In this document: one piece after another, positions 39,828-49,385 of the stretch | Position numbering within the stretch: position 1 is the first letter of the stretch | Layout of the letters: each line of letters opens with the position of its first letter | Virus record (IMG/VR): IMGVR_UViG_3300020139_000001 | Location: 13,757-77,756 of that record | Length of the DNA: 64,000 nucleotides | Direction: 5' to 3' (one strand) | From: a virus | Notes under the pieces: generated by a model | What the model was told of the DNA's origin: nothing | Database searches by the model: none | What the model saw: the letters and a program-made list of their open reading frames with translations, nothing else | Position numbers and translations under genes: made by a program

Positions 39828-40706
39828 TTAGCTGGTGCTGTTTTTTTGCTTCGCCTCTTCTCCCTTACTTGCTTCGTTTGCGACGTTGCCAGCAGGCTTA
39901 CTAGAGTCTCCTGTAAATATCAGAATACCAAGCCCAGCAAGTGCAACCAAGATAGCCACAACGAGTGCTACCTTAAGAGCGGGGTTGACTGCCGCAAACT
40001 CCTTAACCCCTTGGAACAAAGACCCTACTGATCCGAGCTGTGCACCCCTAGCCTTCTTAATCACGATTATCGCAAGGACTACAGCGGTGAGCAAACCTGC
40101 GGCGAGCATAATTGTGCCTACTCTGGATTTTGCCCAAGTAGCCCTTACTTTGTTAACTGCCCAAGCATAGACTTTCTTAATCTTCTCCCAGATACGCCTG
40201 AAGAAGCTAACTTTTTCTTGATCTCCTGCTTTCTGAGCCGTCTGCTGTTGAGGGACTGGTAGTAACTCTGGCTGTTGTAGCTCCTTTACAGGTTCCTCTT
40301 CAAACAGGCTCTCCCACTCAGTAACTTTACGCTTCCTACCTAAAATCAGGAGAAGAAGGTTGACTATCCAAAGTGACCAAATCGCAATAAGAAGGAAGAA
40401 TGGAAGTGGAGTTTTCTCTACCAGCTCACCTAAAGTTATCTTCTTCCAATCGGCAAGCTTCTTGTCGAGCTTCCTCAAAATAGCTTTAACACTAGCGACC
40501 GTTCCGATTACACCGAGAGCAGTGATCACGATAGTCCTAACGGACTTCTTCCTTAGTACTGAGGATGTCCTCCTCTCGATTCCTGCGAACATCCGCTCGA
40601 CACGAGGTTCTAGGGAAGATAACGAAGGAAGTGGTCCAGGAGCACCTTCCAGTTCCTGCTCATTGAACAGTTGTGCTAATTCTTCTCTTAGTGTCTTTGA
40701 GTACAT
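39828..40706 (-). CDS. Four-TM membrane protein (two helical-hairpin modules)
   Basis: 4 hydrophobic segments with basic flanks; GGAGG SD; architecture shared with 40735-41502. Confidence 0.75.
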   Translation of the reverse strand: MYSKTLREELAQLFNEQELEGAPGPLPSLSSLEPRVERMFAGIERRTSSVLRKKSVRTIVITALGVIGTVASVKAILRKLDKKLADWKKITLGELVEKTPLPFFLLIAIWSLWIVNLLLLILGRKRKVTEWESLFEEEPVKELQQPELLPVPQQQTAQKAGDQEKVSFFRRIWEKIKKVYAWAVNKVRATWAKSRVGTIMLAAGLLTAVVLAIIVIKKARGAQLGSVGSLFQGVKEFAAVNPALKVALVVAILVALAGLGILIFTGDSSKPAGNVANEASKGEEAKQKNSTS

Positions 40707-40734
40707 ATGATGTGATGCCTCCCTTTATTGAAAA

Positions 40735-41502
40735 TTATTTTGAAAGAGCTGCATAAGCAAGCGACCCTATGACGATGATAGCTAGAGCAGCAAGCACCAC
40801 CATCGGAAAGATCACTCCTCTTTTCAACGCTGCTGAAGCCTTTGAAAGTATCTTGCTAGGAGAGAGTCTGATACCATAATATTTTCTGAGCCAAAGTAGG
40901 GAGACAATGGTTGCTGTAGCACATAGAACTATTGCGATGATCTTCTTAGTCGGTTTCTTCTTCTTCACTCTCAACTTCTCTGCTACCAGCTCTAGCACGT
41001 CTGCAGTTTTGTTTCTAATCCAGTTAAAGGAGTTCTCTATCTTCTCACCTACGCTACGTGAGAGACCACGGTCGTCTACCTTCTTTTCCTTTTTCTCGAA
41101 CATGTCGAATAGTCCTTCCGACACGCTCTGTTTCTCCCTGTTCGTCAGAATTTGCACCCCTAGGATGATGACTGAAATGAGTGCTATCGCACCTATGACC
41201 CCATTAATAGAACGTAGAGTACCAAGAATAGAATGCCTCTCAATTTCTTCCTCTGTCGTGTCTTCCTCTTCCGCTTTCTTCTTTACCGCTTTCCTCAAAA
41301 GAGCGTCTATCACTATCCCAACGATGAGTAACGCTAGTGCAAAAAGGAACCTAGACTTTCGACTTTTTAGAGCATTAGTAAACTGTGCTGCACGCCCTTG
41401 GAAAGCCTTATCGAAAGCAACAGCAGTTTTGTCTAGAGCAACTCGAACGTCTTGGAATGTAACATTCTCTGCTTGTTCTCTTAACGTCATAGAGTAACCC
41501 AT
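40735..41502 (-). CDS. Four-TM membrane protein, probable paralog of 39828-40706
   Basis: AAGGAGGT SD before ATG 41502; 4 TM segments. Confidence 0.75.
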   Translation of the reverse strand: MGYSMTLREQAENVTFQDVRVALDKTAVAFDKAFQGRAAQFTNALKSRKSRFLFALALLIVGIVIDALLRKAVKKKAEEEDTTEEEIERHSILGTLRSINGVIGAIALISVIILGVQILTNREKQSVSEGLFDMFEKKEKKVDDRGLSRSVGEKIENSFNWIRNKTADVLELVAEKLRVKKKKPTKKIIAIVLCATATIVSLLWLRKYYGIRLSPSKILSKASAALKRGVIFPMVVLAALAIIVIGSLAYAALSK

Positions 41503-41568
41503 TGTAACATAACCTCCTTTGTCTAGTTTTCTTACTAGAATCTTGTTCAAGAGCTAGTCTCCGAAAAA

Positions 41569-42057
41569 TCACCCCCCTAAGAGTCTGTCAGTCTTATGCT
41601 GTAGTGGGACACAAGCAAAAGCACAACCAAAGTTCTCCACTACATGATCTACTGCAAAGGTCCACCCATATCGCAACGTCATTGATCTCACTCTAAAGCA
41701 TTCTGTGAGCATTTCTTGAACTTTCTTTCTTGCGTAGTCTTTGGTTTGTCCTACAGCAGAATACTCTACAATCACTCCTCCTTTTCCCAATTCTTCCATG
41801 CCTACAGCCACAGCAGCCGTAATCAACGTTCCCGGAGTAGAAGAAGTTACTACAGCGTATGCAATAGGTAGTAGCATTCCCCACTCGAGTTTCAACTCCT
41901 TGGGTTCCACATACGAGAACTCTGGTGGAAGTACACTGGAGACTTTCACCAGGTTTGTATTCCCTACCCCTGCTGCGAGAAGAGCTCCATCAAATGCATT
42001 CAGCTCGCTAAGAGCACTATCATACGTACTACCAGTGAGGGTGAAGTAACCTGCCAT
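41569..42057 (-). CDS. pdaD: Pyruvoyl-dependent arginine decarboxylase
   Basis: LNAFDGALLAAGVGNTNLVKVSSVLPP (self-cleavage SS), GVIVEY, GCAFAC. Confidence 0.92.
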   Translation of the reverse strand: MAGYFTLTGSTYDSALSELNAFDGALLAAGVGNTNLVKVSSVLPPEFSYVEPKELKLEWGMLLPIAYAVVTSSTPGTLITAAVAVGMEELGKGGVIVEYSAVGQTKDYARKKVQEMLTECFRVRSMTLRYGWTFAVDHVVENFGCAFACVPLQHKTDRLLGG

Positions 42058-42060
42058 CCC

Positions 42061-42528
42061 TTACCTCCAAAAAGAGTCAATTTGATCTTGGATCCATCTA
42101 TAAGAGTTCACAGTTCTGCTTACAGGTAGACCCATATAGACATTCTTATCGAGGTCTTCCAACTGTGGCACAGAAAATCTCTCTCGTTTGGGTTCCTTAA
42201 CAATAGACTTACTCACAATAGGAAGTAGTACGTCGATCGGAGGAATGTATACCGTTCTAGGTCTTTCTAATAAGGAAAACAATCCGTTGAAGAACGACAG
42301 CACAGATGTGTTAATGTCTGACCGTAGATATGTGGAAGCCAACTCGTCCAAATCTCGTGTGTTCTGTCTTACGACAGTTGAGTTCATCCACAGATGGGAA
42401 AGCGAGTTCCAAACTTGGTCGTCTATCCAAAGGGATCTACATACAATAACTCCATCGGTTATGTTTGGCCAAACGTAGTAAGTTAGCCACGGTGATCTCA
42501 GTACAGAGTCAAGATACCTCTTTAACAT
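42061..42528 (-). CDS. gp53/LysM-like baseplate protein
   Basis: LDELASTYL..VLSFFNG..VYIP pattern. Confidence 0.5.
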   Translation of the reverse strand: MLKRYLDSVLRSPWLTYYVWPNITDGVIVCRSLWIDDQVWNSLSHLWMNSTVVRQNTRDLDELASTYLRSDINTSVLSFFNGLFSLLERPRTVYIPPIDVLLPIVSKSIVKEPKRERFSVPQLEDLDKNVYMGLPVSRTVNSYRWIQDQIDSFWR

Positions 42529-42995
42529 CCTGTATACCCCCTTTCGATCCTAGTATACACTCTAGTGAGTACATCTTCAGGTGGAGAGTACTTTTCTATC
42601 AGAACTTGCCATTGTCCTTGGATCACACTAGGATGTAAGTGTGTAATTAAGTTGTGTACACTTTCATGATGTGTCTTGCAAAGAGGAACCCAACCTACTA
42701 TGCCTCGGAAGTGCCATCCCAATACTAACGTAGACACTACCAAAGTATTCAATCTCTTCATCTTAGAGAGGGCAACCTCGACCAAATCGAATAGCGTAAA
42801 CGGATGATGGTGTACTTCTATGGTAGCTTCATAAGGCGACACGCCACACACAGCACATATTTTTTGAACACCATAAGTGGATGCAACCCACTTCCTGTAT
42901 TCTAGTGAAGTCCTAATATGAGACTCGCAATTCCTTATAAACCTCTGAAGACTCTCTAATGTATAAAACTCTGTAGTCCAAAATCCTTCGATCAC
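42522..42995 (-). CDS. HNH-like Zn-binding protein
   Basis: CAVC, IEVHHHP, PLCKTHHESVH. Confidence 0.7.
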   Translation of the reverse strand: MIEGFWTTEFYTLESLQRFIRNCESHIRTSLEYRKWVASTYGVQKICAVCGVSPYEATIEVHHHPFTLFDLVEVALSKMKRLNTLVVSTLVLGWHFRGIVGWVPLCKTHHESVHNLITHLHPSVIQGQWQVLIEKYSPPEDVLTRVYTRIERGYTGC

Positions 42996-44047
42996 TGTTT
43001 TGGTCCCCAGAAAAGAAGTACAGTTTTAGAAGAGAGATCCTCATAACCTGGAGTGAGTATATCCAGAGTTACTTCTAGCCTAGTAGGGAAGATGTCACTC
43101 GTTTTGACACCTATGTTAGCTTCCAAAGGTCGGTTCTCGTTAGCATCCCAAACTGCAAACGCTAACTCCGTAGTAGGAGTCCAAATGAGGAGTATTGCAG
43201 GAGTGGAAGTAATATATGCCCAGCCTGTAGGCCTAAATCCTAGGTCTGCATTCAATGCTAATGCTCCCGCAAGTAGTGGCAAAGTAGCGGTCTGGTCATA
43301 CTTTACTGAATACCAGACATAGGATATTTTTCCTACATCCGACCAGACCATAGATACTGGGATTGAGGCCATATATTCAAATGGGAAAGAAACCTCGTAC
43401 AACTGGTCTCCAGCTATACTATAGCTAGGTGCACTTGAGAGCTTCACTAAGGGCTTAAATTGTAGAGTGAAATAATAGTGCTCCTCACCAGTTATGCCCA
43501 AGTATGCATGACTGAGTTTGGGACTCTGCAGTAGGATATCTCTCCAGGTAGGCTTTTCTTGCTCGATCAATCTGATAGGCACGAGTAATGGAAACTCCAA
43601 AAACCCGATGTCCACATACCTGTTATTCCATCGAGCAAGCATATTTATGATAATGTCGTGAGCAAACACTGGGGAGTGGGATTGAATAGTGATCTCAAAG
43701 GTCCCGTGTACTCGTAAGAAATGCAACCAGATCTTCAGATCGTTGGAATCGAAGAATGGTAGACCTAGAGAAGAGGACATTGGTATAGTTCTATATATAC
43801 GCCAAGGCCAGTTAGTTCGCTCGTCGATTTCTACACTTTGTGGTCTAGCTACAATAGCTATGTCATCGGGTGCGAGCACTATATTATCTGGTACCTCTTC
43901 TTGTACTCTTAATTGAAATCCAGGCCAGAAACCTTCGATAGACTTCCAAGCTATCCTAAGAGGGGAGAGATCATCTCCAATGTAGTTCAACATGTAATAG
44001 TAGAGAGTGTAAAGAGGTCTATCAGAGAGAACTACATTAGTAATCAT
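42992..44047 (-). CDS. Virion structural protein (possibly tail completion)
   Basis: 351-aa ORF in late operon. Confidence 0.55.
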   Translation of the reverse strand: MITNVVLSDRPLYTLYYYMLNYIGDDLSPLRIAWKSIEGFWPGFQLRVQEEVPDNIVLAPDDIAIVARPQSVEIDERTNWPWRIYRTIPMSSSLGLPFFDSNDLKIWLHFLRVHGTFEITIQSHSPVFAHDIIINMLARWNNRYVDIGFLEFPLLVPIRLIEQEKPTWRDILLQSPKLSHAYLGITGEEHYYFTLQFKPLVKLSSAPSYSIAGDQLYEVSFPFEYMASIPVSMVWSDVGKISYVWYSVKYDQTATLPLLAGALALNADLGFRPTGWAYITSTPAILLIWTPTTELAFAVWDANENRPLEANIGVKTSDIFPTRLEVTLDILTPGYEDLSSKTVLLFWGPKQ

Positions 44048-44049
44048 TG

Positions 44050-45252
44050 TTATTCCTCTGTTTGATCTGGGATCACTACTATCTCCCCTGTTCTTTCTAG
44101 TTCGTCTACTCGTACCTTTTTAGCTTCCCTACTGAGTATCCTTCTGTGAGATACTAAGGGTGCGAGCACCTCCGATGCTAATGGTGCACCAGTAGCAGAA
44201 GTAGTCTTTCCTATCTCACTATCACGTATAAAGGTAGCAAACAATGGCGAAAAGGTAGCAACTACGTTCACGCCTAGCTGCAGTCCGTCATCCGTTGTAA
44301 CCTCAGGACACGAGATACTTAGACTCTGCAAAAAACCTACGGGCATGTAGAACAGCCCTGGCACAAAAATACGTACTTGTGGAGGAGACATGAGAGCAAT
44401 ACCACTTCCCATTAGTATAGGTGCAGTAAGGGTAGTAAGCACACTAAGTGGTACCACTATGTCCTCCCAAACTTTCTCAACTGTTGGTTCGGAAGCGTAA
44501 AAATGAATAGAAAACTTAACGGTAGGTCTATAGGCTGTACCATCCCAAACGGTGGGAAGTTCGACTCTACCACCTGAAATTACGTTTGCAACCCAAGACT
44601 TACTTTTAAGAGCTTTCTCTTGCAATGTAGTGAACCAGTTTGACACAGTTACTCCAAACTGTTCCAATAAAGAACCTCTCACTTCTTGTCGCCTAGGAGT
44701 ATATGCCAACAGTGTTCTCATCTTAGCACTTCCCCATTGGACTAAATGAGCAAAAGCGTTCTCCTCATAAGATACCTCTATATCTTGGGAGAACTCCTCT
44801 ACGTCTACTACATAGACGAACGAGTTCTCCTTTAGAGAACCCTCGCTTATCTCCACAGGAAAGCTATCTGGTAAGCCAGCGATCTGTTTTATGTTTTTCA
44901 GAACGATAGACACTCTCTGGTTAAAGAACTCTCTAGCATCCACAGCGTCAAAGCCGCCAGAAGTGAAGTTCCAAAAACTGTTCATTCGAAATCTGCCCAC
45001 TTGTATATACAGTTTACGGTAACGCTGCAATACGGAATCAACATCCTGCCCCTCAACTAAGGTGGAAGACAAAATGACAGGTGGAGCTCCCCAGACAGTG
45101 GGTACTTTAAGGGTGGTCTTCGGAAGTGAAACCTCAGACAGTTGTGTAGGAACAGTACGTGGAGTTATAGAGGTAGTGTCACAAGGAGGCACTACACGAG
45201 GTCTATCTATTGGTGTAGGGATTGTAGACTGATTGCGTGCTATAGCTCCCAT
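44050..45252 (-). CDS. Baseplate tube-initiator-like protein
   Basis: P.VWDG.....VKFSIHF, SPPQVRIFVPG..LQSLSI..VNVVATF. Confidence 0.5.
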   Translation of the reverse strand: MGAIARNQSTIPTPIDRPRVVPPCDTTSITPRTVPTQLSEVSLPKTTLKVPTVWGAPPVILSSTLVEGQDVDSVLQRYRKLYIQVGRFRMNSFWNFTSGGFDAVDAREFFNQRVSIVLKNIKQIAGLPDSFPVEISEGSLKENSFVYVVDVEEFSQDIEVSYEENAFAHLVQWGSAKMRTLLAYTPRRQEVRGSLLEQFGVTVSNWFTTLQEKALKSKSWVANVISGGRVELPTVWDGTAYRPTVKFSIHFYASEPTVEKVWEDIVVPLSVLTTLTAPILMGSGIALMSPPQVRIFVPGLFYMPVGFLQSLSISCPEVTTDDGLQLGVNVVATFSPLFATFIRDSEIGKTTSATGAPLASEVLAPLVSHRRILSREAKKVRVDELERTGEIVVIPDQTEE

Positions 45253-45254
45253 AG

Positions 45255-45452
45255 TTATGGTTCCATCAGTTCTTGATAAACACTATCGAAGGTGTCTAAT
45301 GCTTCCGGAGTATAAGTAGGCAACATTACTGGATCCACAGGATAAGGTACCACAAGCTCAAAAGCAGTAGGTATGGCGGTAGGATTTGCATCATACCATA
45401 TGTTATAGATAAAGGTATATACTTCCTTCCAGTTCTTTGGTAATGAGCTCAC
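45255..45452 (-). CDS. Small hypothetical protein
   Basis: GGAGG SD, abuts both neighbours. Confidence 0.5.
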   Translation of the reverse strand: MSSLPKNWKEVYTFIYNIWYDANPTAIPTAFELVVPYPVDPVMLPTYTPEALDTFDSVYQELMEP

Positions 45453-48206
45453 CTATCCCTCCTTGCAAATCTCCACATCACTTGCTTTCTCGAACTTCAC
45501 AAGATCCTCAGAGCCTCCGTCTGTACTAACGGGATTTAGGACGTTCTGAATGGAGTTTACCACGTTAGTAACAGCTTGAGCAACCTGCCCAGGTGTAGAA
45601 AGAATGGAATTGACCGCATTCTGAATAGCTGCAATTGATTGTTGTATTTGTGAGGCAATGTATCCTGGCATAGCCGCAAGAGAGTTCAGGTGCGAGACCA
45701 TAGCGTTCAAACTATTAGCAATAGATTGGAACATTGCAGTAACTTGCTGGAGTGCACTCAATGCACCAAAAATAGGAGTAGTAACAACCGACAACAAGTT
45801 GCTAACTGTAGAGGTGATGTTGCCTATGGTGGCTGCTATACCGTTTGTCAAGCCTGAGAGTGTTCCTAGTACGCTACCTACAGTAGACACGACGTCATTA
45901 TGGAGAGATTGCGACCACGCTTCCATACTGTATAATGCTCCAAACTGCTGCCATGGTGTACTCGTTGTGTAGAATGATAGATGAGGATGGATGTTTGCAC
46001 TTGCAACGCTTGGAGAAGATACAGTCTGATTCACTCGAGTCCTAACTTCTGCTAGATCCGAGTCCAGCCTTTCTCTATCTGGTATCGTAAGAGTAGGTGG
46101 AAGCGTGTTCGCAACCGTAGTAGTGTTCACTACTTCCTCTATCGTTGGCTCTAGGACCGTGTTCAAGTGTGCGTATCCATTGGATACAACATTGTTTAGT
46201 TCTTGAATGTAATCCCTAAGTGCTCTTCCATCCAAAGGATCATCATGAGATATCAAGCGCTTGTTCTTTAGAGACGTAAATCGCGAATCCAGATAGCTCT
46301 TGAGCGGAGTAAGCAAGTCTACATCTTTCAAATACCATCTTAAAAGATCTAGTACAGAACTTACAATAACTTCTATCGATTGTTGAGAGTACTCTTGTGC
46401 GGCTTGTTCTACTTCATTTGTGAGAGCTTTTAAAACAGCATATAATGTGGGTCTTTCTACGTATGGTGTTATAATGGTAACCCAATCTGTACGTGAGGTA
46501 ATTCCAACAGATACAATCTTATAAAGTTCCAATTTGTCTGGTCCGGAGAGATGTACATCAGAATGCTCCCCTAGATAGGTATCCACAATTTGGCGAGCAA
46601 CCTCAGAAGCTGATCCAATTAAGTGTTTAGAGAGAGTATCCCTTAAAGATGCAGCTAGTTCCTCGTACAGTGTACCTAGATAAGAGTCGACTAACACTCT
46701 TGGCCACGATTTATAGGATTCCCATAAAGTGAGGCAACTTGTATAGTGCTCCAAAAGTGTCGTGAGTGGAAACCCAGTAGGTAAAAGACGGCGACGAAGG
46801 TTCTGCAACCTACTAGAGACAACATTGACAACTATAGGAGTCCAACTAGGGTTCCAGTAAGGTGTTATAGTTTCAGAAGAAAGGTAAGGCTGGAGATAGT
46901 CGGAGAATATGGAGTTAGCTAAACTTGTCTTTTCTGAGTCGCTAGCATCCCACCAAGCACAAGTAATACAGAACTTAATCATCTCTTTCCATTGTTGATT
47001 AGTACCTACATAAGAGGACCCTATCGAGTACAGCATACTGAATAACAACTTTCTGTCGAAGAGTCTATCAGCTCCACCGACGACACTATATTCTTGGATA
47101 TAGATATAGAGCTCCTTCATTAGTGTGGAATATCTCTCAGGACTACGCTTGAAGGACAAGACAGTTCTAGGACTAGTGTAGTTGTTTATAGCTTGTTGTA
47201 CCAAATTAGTTACATTAGGGCTCCAAACCACAGAAAATGATTGGATCAAATAATCTCGCAAGTCGGTAAACGAAACTATGGTAGGAGGCATACTTTGGTT
47301 GAATACATCACATTGTGCTTCTAAGAGAGTGGCGTAGCTGCTTGCTATGAAAGCACTAATATGTTGTAGAGCAGACATAAGAGATGGATAATGTGCAGTA
47401 GGATAAGATTGCAGAACTCTTGCACTAGCCTCTAATGGTATCCCCACTAGAAGTTCTGGCAGATTGTATTGTAGGAAGAATGCTTCCACCAGCCCAAAAC
47501 ACTGTTTCCAAATTTGGGATAAGATATCTCTCTGCGTGTAAGTGTTGGATGGATGCCAAGCAGACTCCCAGAAGATCTCCATAATCTCTAGTTTGGGAGC
47601 AGCAAGCCTTGCGAGTGTATCGTCCTCCCCCACCCATTGACTTAAGAAATAGTAAGTCAGATAAAGATCTCCGCCTCTAATGATACTCTCTGCTTGAGTC
47701 TCAATAAATTGACTTACTAAGTAAGGAGCCAATCCCTTCTTGGGATCCACTCCTTGATAATGTAGTGTGTTACACAAGTCTCTCCACAATGTCTTCAGTT
47801 GTTCAGGAGCTGAAATGGAGGCTTCAATGTAGTTGCCCAACTTCAGAAATGGAGCATCTTCTTCCTTCACGCTGTCAAGAAAAGTTACTATGTCACCAAT
47901 CCACTGTTTAACATCTGCTACACTAGCGACTCCATTAACTAGTGGGTCTCGATAGTTCTCCCATACTACATGTTTAAAGATGGGAGTCCAAGAGGAAGGA
48001 ATATCTACGTTTGGTTCCTCTTCTACAGAGTGCACTATGTTGGTTACAATAGCTCTGTTCAATCCATAGATGGATTTCAATAAGGAGGAGACACTTCCAG
48101 TGGAAGCAACACTAAGTAGAGCTCTAACGGAAGCCACTTTCGATATATCAAACGTAGGAACACCCCAAGTCAGTTTGTACTTGGAGTACAAGAATTCCGA
48201 TCTCAT
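45453..48206 (-). CDS. Large helical virion protein with S/T/A/Q/N-rich amphipathic C-terminus
   Basis: ~917-aa ORF; probable ATG 48206. Confidence 0.7.
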   Translation of the reverse strand: MRSEFLYSKYKLTWGVPTFDISKVASVRALLSVASTGSVSSLLKSIYGLNRAIVTNIVHSVEEEPNVDIPSSWTPIFKHVVWENYRDPLVNGVASVADVKQWIGDIVTFLDSVKEEDAPFLKLGNYIEASISAPEQLKTLWRDLCNTLHYQGVDPKKGLAPYLVSQFIETQAESIIRGGDLYLTYYFLSQWVGEDDTLARLAAPKLEIMEIFWESAWHPSNTYTQRDILSQIWKQCFGLVEAFFLQYNLPELLVGIPLEASARVLQSYPTAHYPSLMSALQHISAFIASSYATLLEAQCDVFNQSMPPTIVSFTDLRDYLIQSFSVVWSPNVTNLVQQAINNYTSPRTVLSFKRSPERYSTLMKELYIYIQEYSVVGGADRLFDRKLLFSMLYSIGSSYVGTNQQWKEMIKFCITCAWWDASDSEKTSLANSIFSDYLQPYLSSETITPYWNPSWTPIVVNVVSSRLQNLRRRLLPTGFPLTTLLEHYTSCLTLWESYKSWPRVLVDSYLGTLYEELAASLRDTLSKHLIGSASEVARQIVDTYLGEHSDVHLSGPDKLELYKIVSVGITSRTDWVTIITPYVERPTLYAVLKALTNEVEQAAQEYSQQSIEVIVSSVLDLLRWYLKDVDLLTPLKSYLDSRFTSLKNKRLISHDDPLDGRALRDYIQELNNVVSNGYAHLNTVLEPTIEEVVNTTTVANTLPPTLTIPDRERLDSDLAEVRTRVNQTVSSPSVASANIHPHLSFYTTSTPWQQFGALYSMEAWSQSLHNDVVSTVGSVLGTLSGLTNGIAATIGNITSTVSNLLSVVTTPIFGALSALQQVTAMFQSIANSLNAMVSHLNSLAAMPGYIASQIQQSIAAIQNAVNSILSTPGQVAQAVTNVVNSIQNVLNPVSTDGGSEDLVKFEKASDVEICKEG

Positions 48207-48243
48207 ATCTATTTTTGTTACACTACTTGGGACACCCAAGGAC

Positions 48244-48272
48244 TTTATTACTTATGGGGAATCTCGTATAAT
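48244..48272 (+). promoter_or_regulatory. Possible sigma70-type early promoter
   Basis: TATAAT at 48267-48272 with weak TTTATT 17 bp upstream, in the divergent AT-rich gap. Confidence 0.4.
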
Positions 48273-48343
48273 ACATATATTTATCTTTCTGCCTAAGAAC
48301 GTAGAGCCTTGGCTCTGAAAACATTCATTTTTGGAGGTGTGTA

Positions 48344-49381
48344 ATGCTAAAAACGAAAGTCTCTTTTCAAAGTGCAAAGAGGATCGTAAAGACGGTCCTC
48401 TCTGCAAAAAGAACCGTCTTCCTATTTGGTCCTCCTGGTGTAGGGAAGTCTGCTCTTGGGAGAGAGATAGCTCAAGAACTCGGTGCAGAACTGTGCCTAT
48501 TGGACGCTCCACTAGTGCAGCCGATCGATTATCTAGCTGCAGTACCGAATCACGAGATGAAGAAAGTAATGCTGTACCCTACAGGTTTCATACCTGAAAA
48601 AGGTCCCGCAGTTGTGCTAGTGGATGATCTCCCCCATGCCAAACCATATCAACAGGCCCCTCTACTGCAAATGGCACTAGATAGGAGGATAGGACCTATC
48701 AAGTTCAGCGACGATGTGTATTTCATCCTCACAGGGAATCGTGAGGAAGACTTAGCAGAAGTGAATCCCATAATCTCACCACTTTTGAATAGACTAGTTC
48801 AGCTTGAACTAGAACCTTCATTAGAAGAGTGGCTAGAGTGGGGTGGGGAGACCATCAGGGAAGAGGTGCAGGCCTTCCTGAAGGCCTATCCGACCGAGTT
48901 CGTAAGGGTTCCTCAAGAAGGTCAAAGTGCATGGCCCACTCCAAGAAGTTGGCACATCCTCAGCGACTGTCTCAACTACGCTGAGAGGTTGTCTAGTGAA
49001 GAGGTACGTGCACTCGCTTACGGAACAGTAGGAGAGTACACGGGTGGTCTGTTCTTTACATTTGTAGCCCACTTACGTGGGATCGACCCTACGAGAATTG
49101 TAGAGAAGGGGGAGATCCCGCAGGAGACAGCAAGAGAGAGAGTATACGCATACATGTACGCGGTATGCTCCCTCCTGAAGGGGAAAGGAGTCGAATACTT
49201 GAATAAATGGGCGAAGAATATTGTCAAATTCTTCGACCAACTTCCTGGTGAGTTCAAAACTGCTATGCTAAAGGAGCTGTGCTCGGATCGAGGGAAAAAG
49301 ACCAGCATGGACCTAGTCGAAGAGCTGCGGAAGCACAGCCCTCAAGTCGATAAGCACCTACTTTCGTTATTGAGGGGGTGA
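48344..49381 (+). CDS. MoxR-like AAA+ ATPase
   Basis: GPPGVGKS, VLVDDL, TGNREED, LLNR, PTPRSW. Confidence 0.9.
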   Translation: MLKTKVSFQSAKRIVKTVLSAKRTVFLFGPPGVGKSALGREIAQELGAELCLLDAPLVQPIDYLAAVPNHEMKKVMLYPTGFIPEKGPAVVLVDDLPHAKPYQQAPLLQMALDRRIGPIKFSDDVYFILTGNREEDLAEVNPIISPLLNRLVQLELEPSLEEWLEWGGETIREEVQAFLKAYPTEFVRVPQEGQSAWPTPRSWHILSDCLNYAERLSSEEVRALAYGTVGEYTGGLFFTFVAHLRGIDPTRIVEKGEIPQETARERVYAYMYAVCSLLKGKGVEYLNKWAKNIVKFFDQLPGEFKTAMLKELCSDRGKKTSMDLVEELRKHSPQVDKHLLSLLRG

Positions 49382-49385
49382 GGAG

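Noticed and set aside
39835-41497. Plus-strand ORFs of 111-196 aa
   Set aside because: Antisense shadows of the membrane-protein genes with no SD; the same applies to most short opposite-strand ORFs in the track.
45453-48206. Tape measure protein call
   Set aside because: Only the C-terminal ~150 aa look TMP-like and it is not next to the chaperone genes, so it is left as an unknown virion protein.
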